Assembly (NCBI GenBank): GCA_963667175.2
Contig: CAXXXF010000015.1
Coordinates: 192,001-256,000 of the forward strand
From: Candidatus Latescibacterota bacterium
Lineage (GTDB): Bacteria; Latescibacterota; UBA2968; GCA-2709665
DNA length: 64,000 nt
Direction: 5' to 3'
In this document: piece after piece, positions 11,148 through 19,919 of the stretch
Numbering within the stretch: the first letter of the stretch is position 1
Layout: each line of letters begins with the position of its first letter
Program-made: the position numbers and the translations under genes
The notes under the pieces: model-generated
The model's input: only the letters and a program-made list of their open reading frames with translations
Told to the model about the DNA's origin: nothing
The model's database searches: none

Positions 11148-12953
11148 CTACTTCCCTTTTCCGCCGCCGCCCTCGGTGAAAATGACGCCGTTTCGTTTTC
11201 TGTTCACGTCCAGGACAACGACCTGACTTCCAGACAACACATAGGCCGTGGGAATCCGGGTCCTTTGTACAACGGTCTGCCGAACCGGTTTTACCGCATC
11301 CGAGGAGCGGGAAAACTTAAGCGCCGAAAGTACCGAGGAAGGCAGCCTTGACAATTCGCGTCCCTCAATCGTCACGCCGGGGGCGCCGGACAGCAACTCA
11401 ACGACCAGTTCATTGTTTCGGCTGACCTGCCCCAGCAGGCGGATGAGATGATCCAGGTTTCCGGCGTTATGTTCACCCGGCGCCCGCTTGGCTTCCTGTT
11501 TGCCGTGGGCCGATGCGCTGGAAACCCGAAGAATCAGCCGACCGCCGGGCGCCCGACCAGGAATGACCAGCGCCTCCCGAATATGCTCCAGGCCGCCCCA
11601 ATAGGGCCTCAGGGAAACCGTGACGTGCACCGTATCGCCGGGCTGGTACGACGTCTTCTGCAGACCGACCGAATTGACGTGGGCGGTATGTGCCCGCTCG
11701 GCTTCAACGTCCAGGTCGAAGGTGACCCTCTCGATCTGAACGGGCTCAAAAGGATTCCGGATCAGTTGCGTCAGTGGCATCGTGACACCCGTCACAGCCT
11801 GTCCGAGGCCCAGCGGGCCGGCATAGACGTTTTCGGCCTCTATAGACGGACGCCCGCTCAGTTCAATTCTCACGCGGGACGTTACCGTCACCTCTCCAGT
11901 CAACTTCTCGGACGAAACCATCGCGCTGAATACGGCAATCCTCAAGAGCGCGGGGGTGAGGTCACGGTTTCGCAGGACCTCCATTCGGAACCGCGCCTGC
12001 TTTCCCGGGGAACGCAGATTGATCTGCGCAGGCATCATGTCCACGTCGAGCCCGACGGTTCCCGCGATGCCCGGAGCACGGTCCTGAACGATGGCGCCCA
12101 TGGTTTCACCGGCCACGCCCAGCTTGAATGACGCGTATTGGCTGGGCAATACTTCGTGAATATAGGCAGCCGTCATCGGCAACGCCGTGGCGCCGCCAAA
12201 AATCATGGAATGCCCGAAACCGACCACCCGGTCGCCGTCGCGATGGGTCAGCGTTCCGATTCCCGTAACGCTGAGATCGCCACGTACGAGTTGTACGCCA
12301 AGGGCGGCGCCGGGTTCGAATGCGCCCGAAGGCAGGCCGGGGTCCGCGCTGCCGCCACCTTGAACCGGCATCCATCCCAGTTCAGAGAATTCCCTTCGGA
12401 ATTCAGCCACCGCACGTTGCGCGAAGCCGGAGACAACGATCGGCAGGCTGATCGGCGTCAGCTCAGCTGCATCGATCCCCGTCAGATCAAGCAGTCGGCG
12501 CGCGCCGGCTTCCGGCGATCGGGCTGCCGAACGGACGCCATCCGGCGCGGACGGCCGGTTGAACAGATCAACCATGGCCGCAATTGGCGTGATCCCGGCG
12601 ATGGGTTCCTTGGCAAAAGCGCCAACCCGGTAAGACACCGCGCCGATCAGCTTTCCATCGACGTAAACCGGGCTGCCGCTCATCCCCAGGATCACCCCCG
12701 TATTTGACAGGGGGCCGCCGGACAACCGGGCGAGAATCAAGTCGCTGCGGGGCCCGATCGCGTTGTGCAGCACACCCAGGATTTCGACCTGAAACGTATC
12801 GATCCGCGTGCCCTGGAAGACCGTCCGTCCGAACCCCCGCATCCCCCTGCGAAGTTCATTTACGGGAAGGGTCGCCACAGTTCCCCAGGAATTGGCGACA
12901 ATTGCGCACCACAGCAATGCGGGAAGCGTTGTTTTCAGAAGACGCGCCAACAC
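11148..12953 (-). CDS. SpoIVB-like peptidase S55 family protein (secreted)
   Basis: GMRGFGRTVFQG, GVILGMSGSPVYVDGKLIGAVS (S55 serine motif), signal peptide. Confidence 0.88.
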   Translation of the reverse strand: MLARLLKTTLPALLWCAIVANSWGTVATLPVNELRRGMRGFGRTVFQGTRIDTFQVEILGVLHNAIGPRSDLILARLSGGPLSNTGVILGMSGSPVYVDGKLIGAVSYRVGAFAKEPIAGITPIAAMVDLFNRPSAPDGVRSAARSPEAGARRLLDLTGIDAAELTPISLPIVVSGFAQRAVAEFRREFSELGWMPVQGGGSADPGLPSGAFEPGAALGVQLVRGDLSVTGIGTLTHRDGDRVVGFGHSMIFGGATALPMTAAYIHEVLPSQYASFKLGVAGETMGAIVQDRAPGIAGTVGLDVDMMPAQINLRSPGKQARFRMEVLRNRDLTPALLRIAVFSAMVSSEKLTGEVTVTSRVRIELSGRPSIEAENVYAGPLGLGQAVTGVTMPLTQLIRNPFEPVQIERVTFDLDVEAERAHTAHVNSVGLQKTSYQPGDTVHVTVSLRPYWGGLEHIREALVIPGRAPGGRLILRVSSASAHGKQEAKRAPGEHNAGNLDHLIRLLGQVSRNNELVVELLSGAPGVTIEGRELSRLPSSVLSALKFSRSSDAVKPVRQTVVQRTRIPTAYVLSGSQVVVLDVNRKRNGVIFTEGGGGKGK

Positions 12954-12990
12954 TCAGACCCTTTCGCGTCAAACGGTACGGGAGCCACGA

Positions 12991-13019
12991 AATCTACGTT
13001 GCGCCTGCGGGAATGTCAA
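12991..13019 (-). promoter_or_regulatory. Sigma70-type promoter for the S55-rib-nusB-secA run
   Basis: TTGACA-17-TAGATT on minus strand upstream of the S55 start. Confidence 0.65.
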
Positions 13020-13212
13020 GCGTTGCAAGGTCCTAATTTCCTGTCCCGGAAACAGATTGCCGAGACTTGTCCGGCCGGTCGCCCTGCAGATACCAGATCG
13101 CGGTCCTTCGCGGCCTACGTCTCGCCCATCCGGTGGGATTGCAGATCATCGTCGGAGACCGGGTTCAATCACGCAGATATTATACCCGTTTTTGGAGAGT
13201 GGAACAAGCCCC

Positions 13213-13241
13213 TTGTGAAATCCCGATCTTATCCGTATCAT
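13213..13241 (+). promoter_or_regulatory. Sigma70-type promoter for rlmH (possibly leaderless)
   Basis: TTGTGA-17-TATCAT, with ATG 6 nt after the -10 box. Confidence 0.5.
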
Positions 13242-13247
13242 AATCCC

Positions 13248-13718
13248 ATGCAGATCATGTTGATTGCGGTTGGCAGATGCCGCAAACCGTACCTGAGAGA
13301 AGGCGTATCGGACTATATCGAACGCATCGGAAGATACGCCAGCCTGGAGCATATCGAACTGAGAGAGGAACGGACCCCGAAGAAGGGCGCGGCGCAAGGC
13401 AGTCTTAACGTCGAGGCCGAACGCATTCTCCGCAACGTACCGGAGAGGGCCTATCTTGTCGCTCTGGATCCTGCCGGAGACGTTTGCACTTCCGACGCCC
13501 TCGCAAGCCGTATAGGAAGAATCGGTATTGACGGCACAAGCCGAATCGCGTTTGTCATTGGCGGCCCTACCGGCCTTTCTTCCCGGGTGACCCGGCGCGC
13601 CGACTGGCGACTTTCGCTTTCTTCCTTTACCTTTCCGCACGAAATCACCCGTCTGGTGCTTCTCGAACAGATCTACAGGGCATTTACCATCATACGCGGC
13701 GAACCGTATCACAGGTAG
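13248..13718 (+). CDS. rlmH: 23S rRNA pseudouridine-1915 N3-methyltransferase
   Basis: AFVIGGPTG, LSLSSFTFPHEITRLVLLEQIYRAFTIIRGEPYH. Confidence 0.97.
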   Translation: MQIMLIAVGRCRKPYLREGVSDYIERIGRYASLEHIELREERTPKKGAAQGSLNVEAERILRNVPERAYLVALDPAGDVCTSDALASRIGRIGIDGTSRIAFVIGGPTGLSSRVTRRADWRLSLSSFTFPHEITRLVLLEQIYRAFTIIRGEPYHR

Positions 13719-13741
13719 GCGCCGCCACGGGCAATCCCCAA

Positions 13742-13981
13742 TAAAAAGCCCGGAAAACAGGTCCATCCGACAGCCGTGGAGAGATGATTCCGCCACTGGA
13801 ATCCGGCTGCCGCGAACGTCTCCTGTTTCCGGGCTTTTTAATTCAGACCGATTTGCCTGGACATACAGTTTCGGGGGAACGGAAGAAATCCGGATCCGAC
13901 AACCACGGTGAACGGCCGGAGGGGTATCGGCCAGGGGTGCGCCGGAAGATGGGTTGTCTCAATCGCATGCTCCTTGAGAGC
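13742..13981 (-). ncRNA. Candidate sRNA or small-ORF transcript ending in a 99-nt branched hairpin
   Basis: Minus-strand TTGACT-17-TATCTT (13988-14016); 15-bp perfect stem 13742-13756/13826-13840 with T-runs on both strands. Confidence 0.35.
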
Positions 13982-14255
13982 AACTGAAAGATAAGCCATA
14001 GTTTTTTCCCAGTCAAGGGTAAGTTTGTCGTAATATACTGTTTTACATTATCTTGTGGTCTGCACGCTGAGGTATACCTTATATGGAATTTCACGTGGCG
14101 AAGCCCGGAAACCTGGTGAAGAGGCCGAACGTCCCCGCCTCCGGCGATATCTCTGGACAGGTTTCACGTCCGGCGCTATCTTCGACGTTCAGTCATGCGA
14201 GCCGGGTCTGTAGAGACCGAACTCACAAGCGTTCGTGGTTCGACACGATTCCACC

Positions 14256-15608
14256 ATGCCGCATACCCTTACGATAACCCGCGCCGCGGCGGAAATCCGG
14301 GCGGGCCGTCTTTCTCCCCGGGAACTGCTGCAGGCCTGTCTTGCGCAGATCGACGCTCTCGACGGCGGCCTGCGCGCCTGGGTCCACGTGGACAGGGAAG
14401 GGGCCCAACGTCAGGCACGGGGTCTCCAGGAGGAACTCGCCCGCGGCCGGTACCGCGGTCCCCTGCACGGAATCCCTTTGGGAATTAAGGACATCATCAA
14501 CGTGAAAGGGCTGCCTGCCACGGCTGGCGCAAGCCATCTCTACAACCTGGTACCGGAAGAAGACGCAACGGTGGTTGCCCGTTTGCGCAGGTCCGGCGCC
14601 GTCATCCTCGGCAAGACGGTGACCACGCCGTTTGCATGTTTCGACCCGGCCGAAACCAGGAACCCCTGGAAGCCCGATCATACGCCCGGCGGTTCCAGCA
14701 GCGGTTCCGCCGCAGCCGTAGCCTCGCGCATGTGTCCGGCCGCTCTCGGCTCCCAGACCGGCGGCTCCATCAGTCGTCCGGCCGCGTACTGCGGACTCGT
14801 GGGTCTCAAACCCACCTTCGGCCGTATCAGCCTGCGCGGAATCCTGCCCGTCAGCTGCGAACTCGACCATCCCGGTCCCATCACACGTTCAGTCGTCGAC
14901 GCCGCTCTGATCCTCGAAAGTCTGGCCGGCAAAGATCCGCTGGATGCGCTCAGCGCCGACGTCCCCGCCGGAGAATACCGCATCAACCCGTTGACCCGTC
15001 CGCCCCGCATCGGCGTTGTCCGTACTTATTTCCCTGAGCACGCTGACGAAACCATGCGTGCGGCAACCGACGACGCCAGACAGCGACTCGACGCCGCGGG
15101 CGCCGAATTCATCGACGTGCACATGCCGGAATCCTTCGCGGAACTGCACGAAAGTCATGCCCTGCTGCTCGCGGTTGGCGCGGCGAGCGTTCACGGGGAC
15201 AGGTATGACGCACACCGCGACCGATTTCCGCCCGGCCTGTGCGAAATCATCGAAAAGGGTCGCGCCGCCGGCGCCGTGGACTACGCCAAGGCACGACGCC
15301 ACCAGATTGCGTTCAAATCGGAGGTCCTCTCCGCTTTCGAAGGCGTGGACCTGCTCCTCACCCCCGCAACCCCCACGCCGGCGCCATCGGGCCTGGAGTC
15401 GACCGGCAACCCCGGCTTCAACAGCCCCTGGAGCTACGCCGGCCTGCCCACGACGGTCCTTCCCGTCACGTGTACCTCCCGTGGACTGCCCGCCGGCATC
15501 CAGCTGGTTGCCCGCCCCTTCGCCGAGTCCCGCCTGCTGGCCATCTCCGCCTGGTGCGAAACCCACCTCGAGTGGAACCGCGTCCCATCGATTCTCGCGG
15601 GCAATTAG
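14256..15608 (+). CDS. Amidase signature family enzyme
   Basis: GIPLGIKD, PGGSSSGS, LGSQTGGSISRPAAYCG (Ser-cisSer-Lys triad). Confidence 0.93.
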   Translation: MPHTLTITRAAAEIRAGRLSPRELLQACLAQIDALDGGLRAWVHVDREGAQRQARGLQEELARGRYRGPLHGIPLGIKDIINVKGLPATAGASHLYNLVPEEDATVVARLRRSGAVILGKTVTTPFACFDPAETRNPWKPDHTPGGSSSGSAAAVASRMCPAALGSQTGGSISRPAAYCGLVGLKPTFGRISLRGILPVSCELDHPGPITRSVVDAALILESLAGKDPLDALSADVPAGEYRINPLTRPPRIGVVRTYFPEHADETMRAATDDARQRLDAAGAEFIDVHMPESFAELHESHALLLAVGAASVHGDRYDAHRDRFPPGLCEIIEKGRAAGAVDYAKARRHQIAFKSEVLSAFEGVDLLLTPATPTPAPSGLESTGNPGFNSPWSYAGLPTTVLPVTCTSRGLPAGIQLVARPFAESRLLAISAWCETHLEWNRVPSILAGN

Positions 15609-15612
15609 ATCC

Positions 15613-16830
15613 ATGAATCCGTATCGGGTCCTCAGGTGTCTCGCGTGGCTGCCGCTCGTTTTCCTTCCTTCCGGCGTATTTCCAGCTTCGCGCGAGGACG
15701 TCCCCAGGCACCACGCCGTCCGCCGGGGGATTGACTATATGCTCGACGAGCGGTACGCCCTGTCCCACGCCATTTTCGATTCACTCATCTCCGTGGAGCC
15801 TGAACGCCCGGAGGGCTATCTGGGCAAGGCCCTTTCGTTCTGGAACGAAAGCATGCTACTGGCGGACGGCGAACGGTTTGTCGACTCCGTCGACCACCTG
15901 ACCGGGCACGCGATCAAACTCGCCGAACGCGCGCTCAAGCGCGACGATAACAACGCGGAGATGGTCTTTCTTCTCGGCAAAGCCTACGGACTTCGCGCGG
16001 GCCTGGCGCTTATCCACGGCAGCCCCATCGACGGCGTGCTTCACGGCTTGAAATGCCGCGATTACCTGACGGAAACCATTCGTCTGGATCCGGACATGGC
16101 AGACGCCAATTTCGGACTGGGCCTCGCAGAATACGTCGCCGCCCGCCAGCCTCGATTCCTCAGGATGGTGAGCCGGCTCCTGTCGCTTCCAGACGGCAAT
16201 CGAAAACGCGGGCTCGAGCGCCTGGAGCGGGTCGCCCGGGAGGGGATCTACACGCAACGGCACGCCGTTTCGAGCCGCGCCTACATCGCCCTGTATTACG
16301 AGAAGGACTATAGCGACGCCCGCCTTCGTTTTCAGGATCTGCACCGGCGCTATCCCTACAGCCTGGATTACCGTATTCGCTTCCTGGACGCGCTCTTCGG
16401 GCTCACGATTCGAGGAAGGCGGGACTACCAACAAGCCCTGATCGACTCCGCGCGATCGATCCGTCGCCTGGCTGAATCGCGCGATTGGGACCTGAACCGC
16501 TGGTCGCGTACCAAGCTGGACTTTATCGAAGGCTTTGGTCACTATCTCACCGGCAACGCGGACGCAGCTCGCGAACGACTGGAAATCTACATCGCGGAAG
16601 CGGCCAAAAAGAGCTGGCTGCTGGGCCCCTCGCATCTCATTCTGGGCAAACTGGCCGACGTGCGAAACGACCGGGAAACCGCGATCCGCCATTACCGCCG
16701 TGCGCGAAAATACGAAGACGTATGGGGCGTCCACGACGAAGCCGCGGCCTACCTTCGGCAACCCTTCACCGGCGAGGAGCCCGTCCGGCGCCCTCCGGAC
16801 ACGGTCCGGCGATATCCCGAGAAACCTTGA
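15613..16830 (+). CDS. Secreted tetratricopeptide-repeat protein
   Basis: Signal peptide after MNPYRV; TPR-like helices (FLLGKAYG, LDPDMADANFGLG, HLILGKLAD). Confidence 0.78.
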   Translation: MNPYRVLRCLAWLPLVFLPSGVFPASREDVPRHHAVRRGIDYMLDERYALSHAIFDSLISVEPERPEGYLGKALSFWNESMLLADGERFVDSVDHLTGHAIKLAERALKRDDNNAEMVFLLGKAYGLRAGLALIHGSPIDGVLHGLKCRDYLTETIRLDPDMADANFGLGLAEYVAARQPRFLRMVSRLLSLPDGNRKRGLERLERVAREGIYTQRHAVSSRAYIALYYEKDYSDARLRFQDLHRRYPYSLDYRIRFLDALFGLTIRGRRDYQQALIDSARSIRRLAESRDWDLNRWSRTKLDFIEGFGHYLTGNADAARERLEIYIAEAAKKSWLLGPSHLILGKLADVRNDRETAIRHYRRARKYEDVWGVHDEAAAYLRQPFTGEEPVRRPPDTVRRYPEKP

Positions 16831-17003
16831 GACCTTATCAAAGCCGTCTGCTGACCGCCCGGCAAAGCCGGTTGCGAGATCACGATCAAATCCGTATATT
16901 ACATCAGGCGCATTCAACGGCACGCTTATCACCACGCTGACGCTTGGCAGCCCGTCGATAAGGTCTATCCGGGCTGCAATCAGGCTTCTTGTGGCGATTG
17001 ATT

Positions 17004-17053
17004 TCAGCCATGGATTTTTCGTTGTTTTCGCGTGTTTCGTAGTTTCTGACGTT
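17004..17053. repeat. 50-bp dispersed repeat, copy 1
   Basis: 46/50 identical to 52772-52821. Confidence 0.85.
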
Positions 17054-17095
17054 GCCTTCCAAGTAGCTTCTTAGCGTTCGTTCGAGTGGCGGAAC

Positions 17096-17389
17096 ATGGC
17101 CGAAACGACCGATCCTCAAGCGGCTTCAACCCCGGATAACACCCATTGGGGAGTTGCCTATCTGCGCGAAGATCTGCAGGACCTGCGCCTCCAGATGCGC
17201 GAAGACGTCAAAGACCTCCGCCAGCAGATCGCCGAAACCAACAGGCGCATCGACGAGACCAATAGGCGCATCGACGAGATGAATAAGCGAATCGACCGGA
17301 CAAATGAACTCATCGGCTCCCGTTTCACCTGGCTCATTACGACCATGGTGGCGCTGGCGGGCATTCTCGCCGCCCTGATCAAACTGTGA
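17096..17389 (+). CDS. Small coiled-coil protein with C-terminal TM helix (DUF1640/CCDC90-like architecture)
   Basis: Heptads ETNRRID x3 encoded by 21-nt tandem repeats (17234-17296); hydrophobic tail FTWLITTMVALAGILAALIKL. Confidence 0.8.
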   Translation: MAETTDPQAASTPDNTHWGVAYLREDLQDLRLQMREDVKDLRQQIAETNRRIDETNRRIDEMNKRIDRTNELIGSRFTWLITTMVALAGILAALIKL

Positions 17390-17438
17390 GATCCGTCTCA
17401 TACCGGGCGCACGCATGCTCGCCGAGTCGCCCCCGGCC

Positions 17439-18443
17439 TCAATCCCCACGGCCGCGACCGACCGCCCCGCCGGAATAAATCACCTCCATCAATCGATCCC
17501 GTTCATCCAGCCGAACGCGCAGGGTGAACGCCCGCCTGTTCAGAAATTGCGGGTTATGGTCCAGCGCCATGCCCAGGACCAGCGAACCCAGCCACCCAAG
17601 GGCGTCTGCCCGGACTCCAAACCGTAGATCGTGGATCAGGAACGTCCGAGCGCTTTCGTCCGACTCGATCACTGCCGGGAAGCGGGCGAACCAGCGATAG
17701 ATCCGCCCGTCCCGCCGTTCCCACAGGCGTTCCAGACGGGGTTCTTCAAGCGCCGATCGGTACGACTTCGGCGACCCGGCAACCCCTGAAAACAGAGATA
17801 CGGGCGCCTCGTGCCATTTCCCTTTGCCGGACGCGATTCCACGCCGGTGCAAAGGAGAAAAGGGCACTGGAACCGCCGCCACCGCCGTCAGACCCTTTTC
17901 GGTCGCCCAGCGGTCCATATGATGGAAGGTGATACCCGATACGGTGATATTGAATGCCATGTAGACGACGAGCGCCGCCGCGCCCAGACGGTACCCATCC
18001 GGCCGCCGTACCTTCCACCCGAGAACCAGGCCGCCGATCAGAATCAGATCCAGGTACGGGTCGATAACAAACAGCACGTCGAACAACGCCCGGTACCTGG
18101 AAAAAGGCATAAGGACCATGGTCCCGTATGAGGTTACCAGGTCGAACAGTATATGCAGCAACAGACCGGTAAGAGCGACAGCATACAGCTTTGTGAACGG
18201 GACGTCCTTGAGTATGAAACGCCGCACGACCCACGCCACGGCGACCGCGCCGATTGCGGCGCCGAACAGCGAATGCGTCATCCCCCGATGCGTCTGCAGG
18301 CTGTCGAGCGCGTCGCTGGAAAGGAATACATCCACGTCCGGCAATATACTGGTCACGGTCACCAGATTCACAAGTCCCCGTTCCCGGGGCCAGACGGATC
18401 GCGCGACGAGGCGGCCAACCAGGCCATGTGTGGGGGTGTCCAT
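17439..18443 (-). CDS. Membrane-bound metal-dependent hydrolase (YdjM/DUF457-like)
   Basis: MDTPTHG, LPDVD, HRGMTHS, HILFDLVTSYGT motifs. Confidence 0.88.
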   Translation of the reverse strand: MDTPTHGLVGRLVARSVWPRERGLVNLVTVTSILPDVDVFLSSDALDSLQTHRGMTHSLFGAAIGAVAVAWVVRRFILKDVPFTKLYAVALTGLLLHILFDLVTSYGTMVLMPFSRYRALFDVLFVIDPYLDLILIGGLVLGWKVRRPDGYRLGAAALVVYMAFNITVSGITFHHMDRWATEKGLTAVAAVPVPFSPLHRRGIASGKGKWHEAPVSLFSGVAGSPKSYRSALEEPRLERLWERRDGRIYRWFARFPAVIESDESARTFLIHDLRFGVRADALGWLGSLVLGMALDHNPQFLNRRAFTLRVRLDERDRLMEVIYSGGAVGRGRGD

Positions 18444-18726
18444 TGCGTTCACCTCATTACGGGAAACGAAAACGCGCGCCAACATTCTCCCGTTCCGGCT
18501 TTGCCCGTGCGGCGATTTCGGAAACGGTCGTCTGACGCCGGAGAACCACAACTATCGCATGAATGGCCGCACACACGGAATATACCCAATGACCGGGCTG
18601 AATCAACCCCGCGCAATCGATGCTTGACAGCGTGCGTCCCGTCGATTGAACATAGTTGCGGATTCCGGGCCAGAACGTTAATTCGCCGTTCTTTTCGTGA
18701 GGAATCAACGGTGGGAGGCTGACAGG

Positions 18727-19458
18727 ATGTCCAGACTCGAAGGCAAGGTCGCCCTGATAACCGGCGGAAATCAGGGCATCGGAAAGGGAATCGCGCGCGC
18801 GCTGGCCAGAGAGGGCGCGAACGTCGTGCTGACCGCCAGAACGGGCGGGAAGCTTGAATCGGCGGCGGCGGAGATCCGGGCGGAAGGCGTGGAGGCGCTG
18901 GTCGCGCCCGCGGACGTCACCGACGAATCCCAGGTGGAGGCCGTGTTCGCGCAAACGATGGAACGGTTCGGAAGGCTGGACGTGCTGGTGAACAACGCGG
19001 CTGCTTTTGACGGCGGAAGAATCGACGAGCTTTCCGCGTCGTCCTGGGACTGGGCAATGGCGGTGAATCTGCGCGGACCCTTCCTGTGCACACGGGCGGC
19101 GTTCCGCATTATGAAAAAACAGGGCGGAGGTCGGATAATCAATATAGGCAGCATTTCCGCGCAACGGGTCCGCCCGAATTCGGCGCCTTACAGCACGAGC
19201 AAGTTCGGCATCACCGGCCTGACGCATGCCACGGCGCTGGACGGCAGGGACTACGGGATCGTCTGCTCCTGCCTGCACCCCGGCAACACGCTGGTGGAAC
19301 GACGCGAGGAATCCGACGCGCCAACGGACGACGAACCGATGATGACGGTGGATGAACTGGCGCAGGCCGCGCTGACCATGGCGACGCTGCCGCTTCACGT
19401 CAACATGCTGGAGGCGATCGTGTTGCCCGTCGGACAGCTGTACGTTGGCAGAGGTTGA
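18727..19458 (+). CDS. SDR family oxidoreductase
   Basis: TGGNQGIG, LDVLVNNA, YSTSK catalytic motif. Confidence 0.93.
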   Translation: MSRLEGKVALITGGNQGIGKGIARALAREGANVVLTARTGGKLESAAAEIRAEGVEALVAPADVTDESQVEAVFAQTMERFGRLDVLVNNAAAFDGGRIDELSASSWDWAMAVNLRGPFLCTRAAFRIMKKQGGGRIINIGSISAQRVRPNSAPYSTSKFGITGLTHATALDGRDYGIVCSCLHPGNTLVERREESDAPTDDEPMMTVDELAQAALTMATLPLHVNMLEAIVLPVGQLYVGRG

Positions 19459-19510
19459 ATGGGCAACGTATTTCCGGGTTGGCAAAACAGGCATTTCCTC
19501 CGGCCTTCCG

Positions 19511-19556
19511 GTTCTAATCCTGTTCATTCTGTTCATCCATCTAATCCTGATCGGAT
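19511..19556. repeat. ATCCTGTTC-type 9-mer repeat patch
   Basis: TTCTAATCCTGTTCATTCTGTTCATCCATCTAATCCTGATCGG; shares motifs with 52690-52895. Confidence 0.6.
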
Positions 19557-19561
19557 TTAAC

Positions 19562-19590
19562 TTGACACTCTCGATATGATTGTTTAACGT
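19562..19590 (+). promoter_or_regulatory. Sigma70 promoter of the aromatic amino-acid cluster
   Basis: TTGACA-17-TAACGT upstream of the leader ORF. Confidence 0.65.
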
Positions 19591-19655
19591 TAGACCGTTC
19601 CTGTTGGAAAGGCGGGTTGCCGCAACCCGGCGCGAGACCGGCAGGACGCTGGATC

Positions 19656-19778
19656 ATGCGAGGATCGAACGTGACGGATCGTGGCCGGAACAGGCTTGCC
19701 TGGCGTGGGTATTTTTATCGCTCCTACCGGTGGTACTACCGGGAGGCCGCGGAACGTCATATCTGCCCACGCGAGTAA
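19656..19778 (+). CDS. Trp/Tyr/Phe-rich attenuator leader peptide (below ORF-track cutoff)
   Basis: MRGSNVTDRGRNRLAWRGYFYRSYRWYYREAAERHICPRE*; 2 W, 5 Y and 1 F within 13 codons; AGGA RBS; alternative GTG start at 19671. Confidence 0.8.
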   Translation: MRGSNVTDRGRNRLAWRGYFYRSYRWYYREAAERHICPRE

Positions 19779-19801
19779 ACCGTTGACAAGTCCGGAAATC
19801 T

Positions 19802-19831
19802 GGCCGTGGGCATCTGCTCACGGTTTTTTTT
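19802..19831 (+). terminator. Attenuator terminator upstream of trpE
   Basis: CCGTGGGCA-TC-TGCTCACGG plus T8; 5' arm can alternatively pair with TGCCCACG (19764-19771). Confidence 0.85.
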
Positions 19832-19919
19832 GTCCCGTACGGGATGGGGACATCTGACCGTTCGCTGTCCGGCAAAACACGACGTGGCTATCAGGTTCAC
19901 GAATTCTGATGGCAGGCAG

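Noticed and set aside
14256-15608. gatA assignment for this amidase or for 44339-45739
   Set aside because: No gatB/gatC neighbours, and no GatA-specific motifs beyond the general amidase signature.
16830-16966. Separate MITE defined by AGACCTTATC/GATAAGGTCT inverted repeats
   Set aside because: Only 10 bp, and the right arm is better explained as part of the degenerate end of the 4843-5002 MITE family.
19590-19830. T-box riboswitch upstream of trpE/tyrS
   Set aside because: No T-box consensus (GGTGGNACC bulge with a specifier stem I) was found; the leader-peptide model explains the structures better.
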